From positions 160,001 through 224,000 of the forward strand of contig CAVRAO010000002.1 in assembly GCA_963719035.1 (NCBI GenBank): DNA of 64,000 nucleotides, written 5' to 3'. The position numbers were made by a program, and so were the translations under genes. Shown here in pieces: positions 41,789 through 51,887 of this stretch; the stretch's first letter is position 1, and each line of letters opens with the position of its first letter. This DNA is from Methanobacteriota archaeon. GTDB taxonomy: Archaea; Halobacteriota; Bog-38; Methanoflorentales; Methanoflorentaceae. The notes beneath the pieces were generated by a model, which did not search any database, was not told the origin of the DNA, and saw nothing but the letters and a program-made list of their open reading frames with translations.

Positions 41789-42591
41789 AAGCGTTTTGCC
41801 CTTTTCATATTACAGGGTTTTTCGCACTGAAGTCTGACGAGAAAACTGTTTCCTCGATTGGGGGCGGCATTGTTATTGCCGATGGCGCCGTGACTGAAGC
41901 CTCCGAAGGACACGGTAGCGTTTATATCAACCGACAACAGGATTCAGCACCCACCACAAAAACGGTCGCAGCATTGCTGTCTGATAGAATCGCTGATGTT
42001 AGGACCGAGCTAGCGGGGCCGATGGGCTGCGGACTTGGGACTAGTGGCGCCGGCGCTTTAAGCACCGCCCTTGCCTTAAACGAATTGTGGGGACTTAAAC
42101 GCAGCTTTAATGCCCTCTGTGATGTTGCACAACGGGCAGAAATTACAAACAAAACTGGAGTTGGCGACGTTGTCGCCCAAGCAGTAGGAGGTTTCGTCGT
42201 TCGTCAACAAAATGCGGTTTATCAAATTCCTACGCCCCCGCTCGAGATTTCTTATGTCGTCTTTGGTCCCCTCCAAACTCCGGAAATCTTGGCAGACCGA
42301 GACAAAATCGCCGTTATTAACAAGTTTGGATCGGTCGCGTTACAGAGGCTCTTACAGAAGCCAACTTTTGACGAATTTATGCGCTTATCGAAGCAATTTG
42401 CCTGCGACACTGAGCTCATAAGTCCAAAAGCGCAAGATACGGTCGAAGCGGTTGAAGCAAGCGGTGGACTAGCATCAATGGCGATGCTCGGAGACGCTGT
42501 TTATGCTATAGATCCTGCCAACGCGCTCAACGCTTTTGGAAAAGTTCGAAAGACAATGATATACAATCATGGCGCTCACCTTGTCTTCTAA
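41785..42591 (+). CDS. Pantoate kinase (GHMP family)
   Basis: HITGFF, P.G.GLG.SGA, TG.GDV, SMAMLG. Confidence 0.9.
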   Translation: MKAFCPFHITGFFALKSDEKTVSSIGGGIVIADGAVTEASEGHGSVYINRQQDSAPTTKTVAALLSDRIADVRTELAGPMGCGLGTSGAGALSTALALNELWGLKRSFNALCDVAQRAEITNKTGVGDVVAQAVGGFVVRQQNAVYQIPTPPLEISYVVFGPLQTPEILADRDKIAVINKFGSVALQRLLQKPTFDEFMRLSKQFACDTELISPKAQDTVEAVEASGGLASMAMLGDAVYAIDPANALNAFGKVRKTMIYNHGAHLVF

Positions 42592-42769
42592 ACGCACTAA
42601 AAAAGACGTAACTTAGAACAAGAAACGGGCATCAGCACACTGAGCGTAAAAAACCAATCAAAAAGGTAGATGGAAGAACAACATATTAGTCAAGGCGCGC
42701 AGCGCAAACTTCTAACAATAATGTAGTTAATCCATCAATTCAGTCTATTTCGTAGTTCAACAAGCTAGG

Positions 42770-43024
42770 TTACTCTTCGACTATTTCAGCAAAAGCGAAG
42801 TTGCGCTTCACAGCCTTGATTTCAATCTTAACTTCGTCACCGATCTTGGTGTGTGGAATGAAAATCACGAAACCACTAATACGAGCTATGCCATCGCCCT
42901 GTTTGGCAATATCTTCGATTTTAACGTCATATTGCTTTCCGACATCTACAGGGGCAGCCTTTGGTTTACTGTCATAACTCTTATAACCGCCGCCGAAATT
43001 GTTTCTAGTATTTGCTCTATACAC
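42770..43024 (-). CDS. Single TRAM-domain RNA chaperone
   Basis: PV..G..YDV.IEDI..QGDGIAR..GFVIF; GGAGGTGA SD. Confidence 0.93.
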   Translation of the reverse strand: MYRANTRNNFGGGYKSYDSKPKAAPVDVGKQYDVKIEDIAKQGDGIARISGFVIFIPHTKIGDEVKIEIKAVKRNFAFAEIVEE

Positions 43025-43658
43025 TACGTCACCTCCTTTTTGTTTAGATAACTACCTGTATGCAGATATCATATATAGTTTCGCGCAAGACGTGCATTTT
43101 TTTTCCACATCAAAGACATAAATACGGGTCTTAAGATGGTTGGTCGAACGGTGCTAAGCTGAATTATAGGCTTGTTTTGCTAAAACTCTGCTATTTAGCA
43201 GCGTTGTTAGATGCAGTAGAACTGTGCTCTTGTTCCAACAAGTTAAAATAGTACTTCGTTTGTGGCTAAAGCAGTTGGGAAAAGGCATCCAAAGCCGTGT
43301 GTCTCGCATAGAGCGTGACTACCTCATTTTTGGAGATACGCAGCGCCGCCCCCAACAGTATTCGTTGACAAGCGTAAATAGTGAGGCGGCGACTCTGCGA
43401 GGGGTGCTATTAAGTTATATATTGTTTATCCTATTTAGAAAGACCCATCAGCATCTCAGGCCAACAACACATCGTGGCCATGCTCGTTAAAAGGATTTGA
43501 AGAGAGTCAAGAGGGGCTGAAAGAGAGACGGGTGGTTGAGATAGGATTGCTAAAAGCGAGGAGAGCGCGTGAGCAACGAAATAACCGCAATTGCCAACAG
43601 ATCTAGATGTTAGCAGCAAACGCTAGACTTTTAAGCTCCGTCTCTGACTAAACTAAAG

Positions 43659-44504
43659 ATGAAATGTGAAGTTGGCGATCTACACTTCCAATACGAAATA
43701 CGTGGCGAGGGAATGCCTGTACTGATGATCCACGGCTTTGGCATTGACCGTCACGTTATGACCGGCTGTATGGAGCCTGTTTTTGAAAGCCGCTCTGGAT
43801 GGAAACGCATCTACTTCGACTTACCTGGAATGGGTCGTACGCCGGCGCCTCGCTGGTTAAATAATGCAGATCAGATGCTTGAAGTGATCTTGGCGTTTGT
43901 AAATAAAGTCGTAAATTGTGACTCGTTCTTGGTTGCTGGTGAATCCTATGGAGGTTATCTCGCCAGAGCAATCATTAAATTGATGCCTGAACGTCTCAAA
44001 GGTGCCCTTCTCATTTGCCCTGTCATTGTAGCTGATCGAAAGCGACGCGAACTGCCAAGGCAACAGATATTCGTGAGAGACGAATCTTTCCTAGCAGGTG
44101 TTGAAAATACCGAGTGCAAAAACTTGTTTGAGCGCGTGCTCGTTGTGCAAGATCAAAAGCGCTGGAATCGGTTTACGCAGGACATCATCCCAGGGATGCG
44201 CACAAAAGATCGAGCGTTTCTTGCACAGTTTCAAAAGCATGGGTACAGCCTCTCCTTTGATGTAGACCAACTTGAGCACCCCTTTGATCGACCGTCACTT
44301 ATCCTCTCTGGACGTCAAGATACCTCAGTTGGGTATATTGACTCACTCAAACTAGTTGACAACTTCTCCCGCGGAACGTTTGCAATATTGGATAGAGCCG
44401 GACATGGGCTAGAAGTCGAGCAGGAGACTGTTTTCAACTGCTTAGTCAATGAATGGCTCAATCGTGTAGAAGAAGAAGATCGGGGTTTGTCTGGCTCATC
44501 ATGA
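43659..44504 (+). CDS. Alpha/beta hydrolase
   Basis: HGF, DLPGMG, GESYGG nucleophile, GRQD, AGH. Confidence 0.92.
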   Translation: MKCEVGDLHFQYEIRGEGMPVLMIHGFGIDRHVMTGCMEPVFESRSGWKRIYFDLPGMGRTPAPRWLNNADQMLEVILAFVNKVVNCDSFLVAGESYGGYLARAIIKLMPERLKGALLICPVIVADRKRRELPRQQIFVRDESFLAGVENTECKNLFERVLVVQDQKRWNRFTQDIIPGMRTKDRAFLAQFQKHGYSLSFDVDQLEHPFDRPSLILSGRQDTSVGYIDSLKLVDNFSRGTFAILDRAGHGLEVEQETVFNCLVNEWLNRVEEEDRGLSGSS

Positions 44505-44899
44505 TCTGTTCCCACCTTGTCGCCTCTTGGCGTCAAGTTGTCCTCGTTCGATCGCTTGCGTATTTCAGTGAATAAAGTATAATGAACAAAGTTGCCAAAG
44601 CTCAAGAGGATAACACGAAAATGCAAAGCGTCAAGCAAAGCAACAACGATTTTGGGTCTCCCACACCGGAAAAAAGACCAGCTTAGTGGGTCACTACAGA
44701 GCGTCAGCCCGCCGCAACAAATATGGTTCGAGGTAGCCCATTGGGCGGGCCCTCGCTCTCCAGCATCGACATATTCAAATATGGACGGTTGTATTTAATG
44801 CTCTTCTGCGCGGTATGAAAGTGTTTCTAAGCGCGAATTAGATATACTCGTAGCTCTCAGGAACGTTCCTAGCAGGATTAGCAGAATCCAACACTCACG

Positions 44900-45264
44900 T
44901 TATTGGGCCGAAGGATCTTGTTGCATAATCCCGAAAAGGTTTCCTTCCGTGTCGGCACAATAAGCGTGGTATCCAACCCCAGGGACGACCGACTTGGTTA
45001 CAACAATGCGCCCTCCCGCGCTGACTACCCTCTGCGTGAACTCATCGATAGAGGGAACGTCCACGGTATTGACTGTCGTTTCGTTCCTCATCCGCTGCCT
45101 TATCGCTCCATTAATGCTGGTCTGGTCGCGATCATCAGTACTGACAAGCCAGTAGTCAACTGGCCCCCCCATTTGTTGATGCGCCAGTCAAAGACGCTCT
45201 CATAAAACGCAGATGCTCTCGTCGGATCGTCCGCGGAGATTTCAAAATGAATAATTTTAGGCAT
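44900..45264 (-). pseudogene. VOC/glyoxalase family protein, 1-nt deletion at a G7 run
   Basis: [19 protein letters not shown] joins GGPVDYW...DTEGN.FG if one base is added at 45164-45170. Confidence 0.82.
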
Positions 45265-45552
45265 AGTCTCTCAATTGAAGTTGATAAGTAACTCCATAAA
45301 TATATAGGTCTAGATCTTGCGCAAGTCAAGCTAAGCTTCGCATGGCTCCAATGCTGCAAGCAGTTCGCAACTATCATGCTTGATGAGCTTGCATGCGTCA
45401 GACACTGACGGTTGTGTTGTTCATACAATACTCGCCACAGAGCAAGCATGAGGCGGCTCAAATCAAAAAAAAGATCATGAACATTTGTGCGGTTTTTTCG
45501 AAACCTTGAAGTAGAACAAAGAGACTCGTAGGCATTATTAATAGATTATACT

Positions 45553-45672
45553 ATGGATGAACTGATACTTGGTTTAGTTGTTGGCTCTGTTGTCGCTTTA
45601 TGCCTTGGCATCATCCTTAAGATGGTAGGACAAAACAGGGAACGAAAAAGCAAGACCAAAACACAAAAATGA
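45553..45672 (+). CDS. 39-aa single-TM microprotein
   Basis: MDELILGLVVGSVVALCLGIILKMVGQNRERKSKTKTQK; TM followed by a basic tail. Confidence 0.55.
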   Translation: MDELILGLVVGSVVALCLGIILKMVGQNRERKSKTKTQK

Positions 45673-45761
45673 CTGCAAACGAGCGATGGATAATCGTAGT
45701 TTCGCTGTTTTTGATGGCCTTCGCTCTAATAGCTGGAATCGGAGCTTTTTGCGCTTTTTAG
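45669..45761 (+). CDS. 30-aa single-TM microprotein
   Basis: MTANERWIIVVSLFLMAFALIAGIGAFCAF; ATGA overlap with the previous ORF. Confidence 0.5.
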   Translation: MTANERWIIVVSLFLMAFALIAGIGAFCAF

Positions 45762-45943
45762 TTCTTGAATATTATAAAGTAACCTTGATCTCTTAAAAAC
45801 CGTGCAATTCGAGAAATCGCAACATAGGAAACGTTAAGTCAAAAACAGAATTCAGGTCGTTGTGATTTGGCTAGTTGATGTGGTCAAAAACCCCTCAGTA
45901 CTAAAGCTACTTATGTTGTCCCAGCACACGATGAGTGTTTCTT

Positions 45944-46609
45944 TCACCCAAGACAAGAAAAGGCAGATTCGTGACCGTGGATAATCTTCCAAGTGCGCCC
46001 TTTTTTGTGGAGCACAAGAGTCACACGTTTGCATCCAGGAATATTCGCGTAGGCATCCCACAATCGTGCGACACGAACTTCATAAAAGGCATAAACGAGA
46101 TTGGCATCATCTTCGCTGTGCTCGACCAACGCATACGTCATGTAGCTGTAGTTAGACGCTGCATATTTAAGAGCGTCTTGGATCTCGCGATAGCCTTTGC
46201 GGACTGCATTGTGATCTGTTGAGACATATGTGAGATTCACGCTCGATTCGTCCCACATTGATATTGCCGCATCAGCATCTCCAGCAATAAGCGCTTTACC
46301 GTACAATTGAAGGATTGCTTCGACGCTTTCACACCCATCGGCTGAAGGGTGCAAGTTTGAGCGCTCTCCCTCTGTAATGACGTCCGCAACATCGCTCAAC
46401 GCGGGTCTTTTGCGCGAATTTTCCATTTCGATGAGCTCAAGCACAGTGGCCTTCATATCTAGCAATTCTTTGTTACCAGGATCAATTTTGAGCGCTTTCT
46501 CAACGGCGTCCCGTGCCGCCCTGTAGTCGTTGTTTTGAGTTGCTCGTTGAAATTCTTCGACGTATATGAAAATACGTTGCGAAGTGGAATCTTTTTTGAA
46601 GAGCTTCAT
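45944..46609 (-). CDS. TPR plus SnoaL/NTF2-like fusion protein
   Basis: AA...EKALKIDP.N TPR; 'RVTLVL...G..WKIIH.HES' SnoaL_3-type end. Confidence 0.75.
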   Translation of the reverse strand: MKLFKKDSTSQRIFIYVEEFQRATQNNDYRAARDAVEKALKIDPGNKELLDMKATVLELIEMENSRKRPALSDVADVITEGERSNLHPSADGCESVEAILQLYGKALIAGDADAAISMWDESSVNLTYVSTDHNAVRKGYREIQDALKYAASNYSYMTYALVEHSEDDANLVYAFYEVRVARLWDAYANIPGCKRVTLVLHKKGRTWKIIHGHESAFSCLG

Positions 46610-46959
46610 GGTTAGCAGAGAATGTCATTCCCATCGCGCGTAGTTATACTTTAGCTTTGCCGTAAACAAAAGCCTTTTTGTTTGTTAATTAGCGTTTGTT
46701 TAGAGCTTGAGCTACGACAAGCAATATCAAGAAATATCAAAACTATACCAAAACTCTGCCAAAATTACGCCCTTTTGCACCACGATAGGAATGCCAAACA
46801 AAAGGAGATCTGTATATCAAGGGATGTGGGTCTTAGTTTAAACGCAGTAGCCGCATGCGCATGCGTTATTCGAGCTGCTATAATTAGCGTCGATCAATGC
46901 AAGCTTAGCATCGTTTAGCACAATGACAGTTGGACAGTTCGTAGGTTACTACAATCGGA

Positions 46960-48195
46960 TTATGTCACAGAAGGATAGCTCACTCCCGTAAGTTCGCTTG
47001 TTTCGCGCGTGAGAGCGATTAAATCATGTGCATCCAGCCTGTGTACGTCCTCTTTACCCAACGCTCTTGAAATATCGGCAAGTTCTAACGTTGAGACTCG
47101 AATGAAATTTGCGAGCTTCTGGGCCCCCCTTTCAACGTTAAAACGTTTTATAAGCTCGGGATCGTGAGTTGTCGTTCCGGTCGGACACTGGTTAGTCTCA
47201 CAAATGCGATAGTACTCACACGACATTGCCCAAAGTGCAGACGTAGCAATATAGACTGCGTCTGCTCCGAGCGCTAAACATTTGGCGAAATCCCCTGACG
47301 TGCGTAATCCTCCAGCCGCGATGAGATCGACATGCTCGCGATATCCAATCTCGTCAAGATATCGGTGCGCTCGAGGGAGGAAATTAATGATGGGAAGTCC
47401 AAAGTTGTCCCTAATGTGACTTGGGGGGGCCCCACTTCCTCCTCCAAACCCGTCAACGACGAGATAGTCAGGTTCAGCGTAGACAATGATGTCGAGGTCT
47501 TTCTCAATTTGTCCCGCGGCAAACTTGATTCCGATGGGCCGGCCTTCAGTAATATCTCGCAAGGTTTCGATCTTGTGTTTGAGATCTTCAGCGCTATGAA
47601 TATCCGGATGCCGAGCAGGACTTCGAGCATCGCTACCAACAGGAATGCCGCGCGTCTTGGCAATGAGTTCGGTAACTTTTTTAGCAGGAACCAGACTACC
47701 AGTGCTAGGATATGCTGATTGACTTATCCGAAACTCAACCATGTCGGCTTCTTTGAGTCGCTCATTCCAGACGCCGAAGTGTCCGGTCGAATACTGCAGC
47801 GTGACATACTTTGCAAACTCGCGTTCTTCATTGAGCATCCCACCTTCTCCGGTATTCGTCGCTGTTCCTGCGAGCGTTGACGCCTTTGCGAGCGCAATTT
47901 TTTGTTCTTTGTTCAATGCGCCAAAACTCATGCCAGAGATCATAATAGGTGTCTCGAGGTGAATTGGCCTCTTCGAGCTTTTTCCTACAGTGGTGATTGT
48001 TTTGACTGGTTCTTCAGCGTTTAAGGGGAAGTGATGCAGTTGCGCTGGAAGGAAATTGAGCATGTCCAAGCTAGCCGGGACACGCTTCAGTGATCCCATG
48101 CCCTCTCTAAGTGACTTGTTGAGTGCTGCTGTCTTCTTAACATCCAGAATTTTTTTGTAGTCAAAAGGACGCTCGTAATATTCAATCTCTCGCAT
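46960..48195 (-). CDS. FMN-binding glutamate synthase family protein
   Basis: GMSFGAL, NTGEGG, SPARH, DG.GGG.GA, AAGGLR, C.....C....CP.G. Confidence 0.93.
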   Translation of the reverse strand: MREIEYYERPFDYKKILDVKKTAALNKSLREGMGSLKRVPASLDMLNFLPAQLHHFPLNAEEPVKTITTVGKSSKRPIHLETPIMISGMSFGALNKEQKIALAKASTLAGTATNTGEGGMLNEEREFAKYVTLQYSTGHFGVWNERLKEADMVEFRISQSAYPSTGSLVPAKKVTELIAKTRGIPVGSDARSPARHPDIHSAEDLKHKIETLRDITEGRPIGIKFAAGQIEKDLDIIVYAEPDYLVVDGFGGGSGAPPSHIRDNFGLPIINFLPRAHRYLDEIGYREHVDLIAAGGLRTSGDFAKCLALGADAVYIATSALWAMSCEYYRICETNQCPTGTTTHDPELIKRFNVERGAQKLANFIRVSTLELADISRALGKEDVHRLDAHDLIALTRETSELTGVSYPSVT

Positions 48196-48351
48196 AAAAA
48201 CCCCCAGTTTAAACGCTTTTATCACTGAAGCTGAGTTATATTTATTCATTTCTAAACGCTATAAACACAGCAACTCTGAGGGGATCGAAGATAGGGAAGT
48301 TTTGAGTCAACGCAGGCACAATTGGCAAGCGGTATCTAGGCATGGCTAGGC

Positions 48352-48768
48352 ATGGCTACACACAGCACGAGACAAAAACGGCTCACTGAGAGCAAACGTC
48401 AGCTCACCAAGCTGCTGGTGGTAGCAGCGCTGATTGAGTACGGACTTCGAATCGATGACATTGATATCGGTGTAGTCACGAAAGACGAGATCGACGAGGC
48501 GGCGGATCTAGCACGACATGGGTCGCTGCACGTGCCTAAAGTCTTGATAAATGTCAAACAGTTAGATCGCTATGAACGCTACGTCGCGGCTTGGTCGCGC
48601 CTATCAATTGAAACGGGCGTTTTAGATGTTCTTGATGAATCTGAAAGCGGTGAGATTTTAGTAGGCTTGCCTCAGGGCGCAGCTAAACGATGCATCGTTT
48701 TTCCGAGCGCGATTGAGAGAGAGTTTCAAGAGCTACAGCGATTTTTATCTCAAGCAGTAGGCGGGTAG
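48352..48768 (+). CDS. Hypothetical protein
   Basis: 138-aa ORF with protein-like composition; no family recognised. Confidence 0.55.
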   Translation: MATHSTRQKRLTESKRQLTKLLVVAALIEYGLRIDDIDIGVVTKDEIDEAADLARHGSLHVPKVLINVKQLDRYERYVAAWSRLSIETGVLDVLDESESGEILVGLPQGAAKRCIVFPSAIEREFQELQRFLSQAVGG

Positions 48769-48914
48769 TTGCGCTGTATTAGCTTTGATGTCGATCTGAA
48801 GACTATCGAGCTCTCACAATTTTGCAGCTCTCTATATTTACGACGGTGCATATGTAAGGTTGCCCGGCTTTGATTACAGAAAGCTTTATCTCAATCGCAC
48901 TCTTCGTAGCGAGC

Positions 48915-49370
48915 GTGCGGAAGACGATTACATTGACGCTTTGCATAGTGCTATTCTGTTGCTTCGTCAGTGGCTGCGTGGGCAACACGTCCAATCAGAA
49001 TGGAAGCAGCCAAGGATCGAGCAGTTTGAAAGCGTCGGAAATCTCATTGGATTCGGCATCGGCCGCGTTGGGTGAGCCAGTTTCATCAAAAGCGGTCTTG
49101 AAGGACAGTGGTGGAAGTGCATTAAACGGTAAGGTCGTCGAATGGTTTATAGATGGAAAATCGGTGGGCAAAAGTCAAATGAAAAACGACGCTACAACGC
49201 TCAGCTTGACCGGAGAGTACACCGATAACTTGGGCCTTAAAACCCATCAGCTGCAGGTGAATTTTTACGGCGACGCCACCTATAAGAGCAGCACAGCGAC
49301 TTCTTTTCTAAATATTACAGCGACTGGTGTGTCATATGAATCTGTTGTAACCGCTTCCGTTGAGCGCTAG
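48915..49370 (+). CDS. Putative lipoprotein with Ig-like domain
   Basis: MRK..hydrophobic..VSGC lipobox; 'F.GD..Y..S' Big_3-like motif. Confidence 0.7.
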   Translation: MRKTITLTLCIVLFCCFVSGCVGNTSNQNGSSQGSSSLKASEISLDSASAALGEPVSSKAVLKDSGGSALNGKVVEWFIDGKSVGKSQMKNDATTLSLTGEYTDNLGLKTHQLQVNFYGDATYKSSTATSFLNITATGVSYESVVTASVER

Positions 49371-49616
49371 CTACGATTCCAAGTTCAGAGGAGGAGTGAC
49401 TCTATACTTTGACTTTAATAAGCTCTCCACTTTAATCAAAGCAATTTATAAAGCGCCATTGCAAAAGAAACGGTTTTTGCAGTGGAAAAAGCAGATATTG
49501 ATATAATCAAAACACTGTTAGTCGACAATCGGTGAACAAAAGCTTAAAAAAGTAAAGATCAATGCCCAGTCAAGCTACTAAGTGTCACACGGATAATCTC
49601 CGCGCATCGTCGACCT

Positions 49617-49754
49617 TTAATCGATCTTAGTCTCGTTTACGTACCTGGAAAAGTTTGGGTTCTTAAGGTCGATAATATCGAGGAAATTTTCAAAATCTTC
49701 TTCTTGTTCAAGCCCAAAGAGCTCGGTCTCAAAGGTCGATGCTTGACAGTTCAT
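49617..49754 (-). CDS. 45-aa acidic microprotein
   Basis: MNCQASTFETELFGLEQEEDFENFLDIIDLKNPNFSRYVNETKID; TTTAAATA about 25 nt upstream. Confidence 0.5.
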   Translation of the reverse strand: MNCQASTFETELFGLEQEEDFENFLDIIDLKNPNFSRYVNETKID

Positions 49755-50009
49755 TTCTCGTAATAGACTTGTAGCTCCTATTTAAACCTTGTCTTTTGCG
49801 CTGTAAACAAAAAAAGGCGCTGAAGTCTCTACATCGACTTAGTCTGCGTTAGAGCGAGCCAATAGTACCTAGTCTTGCTCCAATGGAAACCCTGCGATAG
49901 GGGATAAAAAGCAGCTCACACGTGCAGAAGCAGTTTAAAATGTAAGAGCAACAGTTTCCGGCCAGCTTTTGTGCAGAGTGTTATATACAAAGCGCATAGG
50001 TCTTGCTTG

Positions 50010-50300
50010 ATGAACCCTGAGATTGACCTTAATCAACTACTCGAAGAGTTTTTAAGCTTTGAAAAATATGTAGAGGATTCTAGACAGTTCGAAAGCGCAG
50101 TCGCCGCACCATCGCTCTCAGACGATAGGCTACTTTTAGAGCGAGACTGGCAAAGATTCGTCATCTACAAGTACCATAAAGCAGGGGTACAGGACGGTTT
50201 GCAGGATGCGATGCGTGACGGTTACATCTTACTGCTCGAAAGGCTAAAGGCGGTGGCTCAGCAAGCCGGTATAGACGTAAGTGGGCCCGATAGCGATTGA
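50010..50300 (+). CDS. Hypothetical helical protein
   Basis: ATG about 25 nt after TTATATAC; no family recognised. Confidence 0.55.
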   Translation: MNPEIDLNQLLEEFLSFEKYVEDSRQFESAVAAPSLSDDRLLLERDWQRFVIYKYHKAGVQDGLQDAMRDGYILLLERLKAVAQQAGIDVSGPDSD

Positions 50301-50484
50301 CACGATAAGTAGCCGCACTTTATGATATTAGGAATGGATTTGATGTGCCGCTTTTTTTGAGCTTTTGCAAGTGCGAGCTCGCGCTATCCCGGGTTTTGCT
50401 TCGGTTGTTTATGCTAGAATTGGCTTACAGCTAAATACATAACGATTCTATGACGTACAACGATTTTCGATCGAGGCAAACCGA

Positions 50485-50847
50485 ATGAATATAAAAAGAG
50501 TCCACTCTAGCTTCAAGGCTGTCGTTTCGGAAGCGAAAAGTGAGCTGAAGAGTCACGCGTCGCTCTTTTGTGCCGATCGTGGCTATTATGTCGATGATTT
50601 AACGCTTTTTTTCGACGATACTGGGCTTATGCCTGGAGTTCGCGTTGCGTTGCAGCCTACGTTAAGCTATGATCAGCAAGCGCTTACAGAGCTCGAAGTG
50701 GCGCTCGAGGATGACCTTAACAACATCGTTTTCGATTATGCGTACAACGCTCGACATAAAATAAGTGCTGAGGATTCGATAACGGTTTGGGCCATTGCGC
50801 ATATTAGCGAGTGTATGCCGCAGCTTGTGACCGCGTCTCAAAATTAA
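50485..50847 (+). CDS. Hypothetical protein
   Basis: 120-aa ORF with GAGG SD. Confidence 0.55.
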   Translation: MNIKRVHSSFKAVVSEAKSELKSHASLFCADRGYYVDDLTLFFDDTGLMPGVRVALQPTLSYDQQALTELEVALEDDLNNIVFDYAYNARHKISAEDSITVWAIAHISECMPQLVTASQN

Positions 50848-51061
50848 TGGCTTCCGGTGTGAAATCAAAAGCTACGCGACGCGATCTAAGCGTATCAGTT
50901 AACAAATTCAAACATTGCTTACATTTTTTATTTCACACCGCGTTTTCAGATTTTAGTGCGCTGGCCAGCGTGACAAGCTACGGTCATTTGGACGGTCAAA
51001 ATAAGATACAAAGATTTTGCAATGCAGTGATTAGCGGTCAAAGTATGTAGCACCCACTCTG

Positions 51062-51481
51062 CTACTTCGCTAGCGCTTCAGTATCAAAGTTGCTTGATCG
51101 GTCGACGATATCAACTGGCTTTAGCACCCAAACGCCGTCGAGATCAACATAACGGGCCCGTAACTCGTCGAGAAACTTCTCGTAGAGGGGGCCGGAGGTT
51201 TGAAATTCTCTGACGCTGCAGACAATTTGATAGGCGGTTCGCTGCTCTTCTTTTACTGAGACACAGAGGATCGATACTAAGCTACCTTTGTCCATATGGC
51301 CGAGGAGCTCTTTGTTTAGTTGTTTTGCTTCAACTTGTGCAAGAACTATAATGCTTGACTTCGGCACCTTAATAGCTTTAACGTTCGTTAAACTCGTTTT
51401 TCCGTCAGCGGCAACGGTTACGAGTGTCTTTTCGGTGTCGCTATCGTTGAGCAACCCTATTACGATGTCAGGAAGATCCAT
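51062..51481 (-). CDS. Pyridoxamine 5'-phosphate oxidase-like split-barrel protein
   Basis: K.L.TV..DG, AYQI...V..FQTSGPLYE pattern. Confidence 0.65.
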   Translation of the reverse strand: MDLPDIVIGLLNDSDTEKTLVTVAADGKTSLTNVKAIKVPKSSIIVLAQVEAKQLNKELLGHMDKGSLVSILCVSVKEEQRTAYQIVCSVREFQTSGPLYEKFLDELRARYVDLDGVWVLKPVDIVDRSSNFDTEALAK

Positions 51482-51514
51482 ATTATTAGGGGGTGCAGAG
51501 AGCGTTAACTAACG

Positions 51515-51748
51515 CTAGTCGCGGTCTAATTCAGAAACGAATAACACGTTGTTTCCACGGAGTATAAGTTTTCCAAGCGGCACGCGCCTATGGTTCCTAC
51601 ATTCCTCAGCTTCAGCAAGCGATATGTTCCAGTGAGGGTCATAACCTAAAAACGTCCCTTTGACCACTTGTGCGCCTTTTAAGCGTATGGAAACGTTCTT
51701 CCCTATATTGCGGGACAATACGTCAAAAGGTCGTTTGGTTTGTGTCAT
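51515..51748 (-). CDS. Sm/LSm-like protein (SmAP)
   Basis: RPFDVL, G..LGYD.H.N..L, ILRGNNVLFVS. Confidence 0.92.
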   Translation of the reverse strand: MTQTKRPFDVLSRNIGKNVSIRLKGAQVVKGTFLGYDPHWNISLAEAEECRNHRRVPLGKLILRGNNVLFVSELDRD

Positions 51749-51887
51749 ACTTGTTTAAAACTGCTTGTCGTTCCAGGCTATGCCGGCTCATTTAGCCAAC
51801 TACAACTCGGTGTTCACCTAGATAAAGGATATGACTTATAAGAAATTTCACAATCTTTATCATTTGAAAATAAGACTATAGTACGTA

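Noticed and set aside
43238-43262. CAAGTTAAAATA matching part of the Cas9 tracrRNA scaffold
   Set aside because: Only 12 AT-rich nt; no repeat array, cas gene or anti-repeat in the window.
43224-43619. ORF-track ORFs in the 43.0-43.6 kb spacer
   Set aside because: Non-ATG starts, no SD and no protein-like motifs.
44722-44742. GGTTCGAG T-loop-like motif suggesting a tRNA
   Set aside because: No cloverleaf, D-arm or acceptor stem can be built.
46722-46772. Degenerate ~11-nt periodic repeats (AATATCAAGA/CTATACCAAAA)
   Set aside because: Short, low complexity and without spacers; not a CRISPR array or a clear iteron set.
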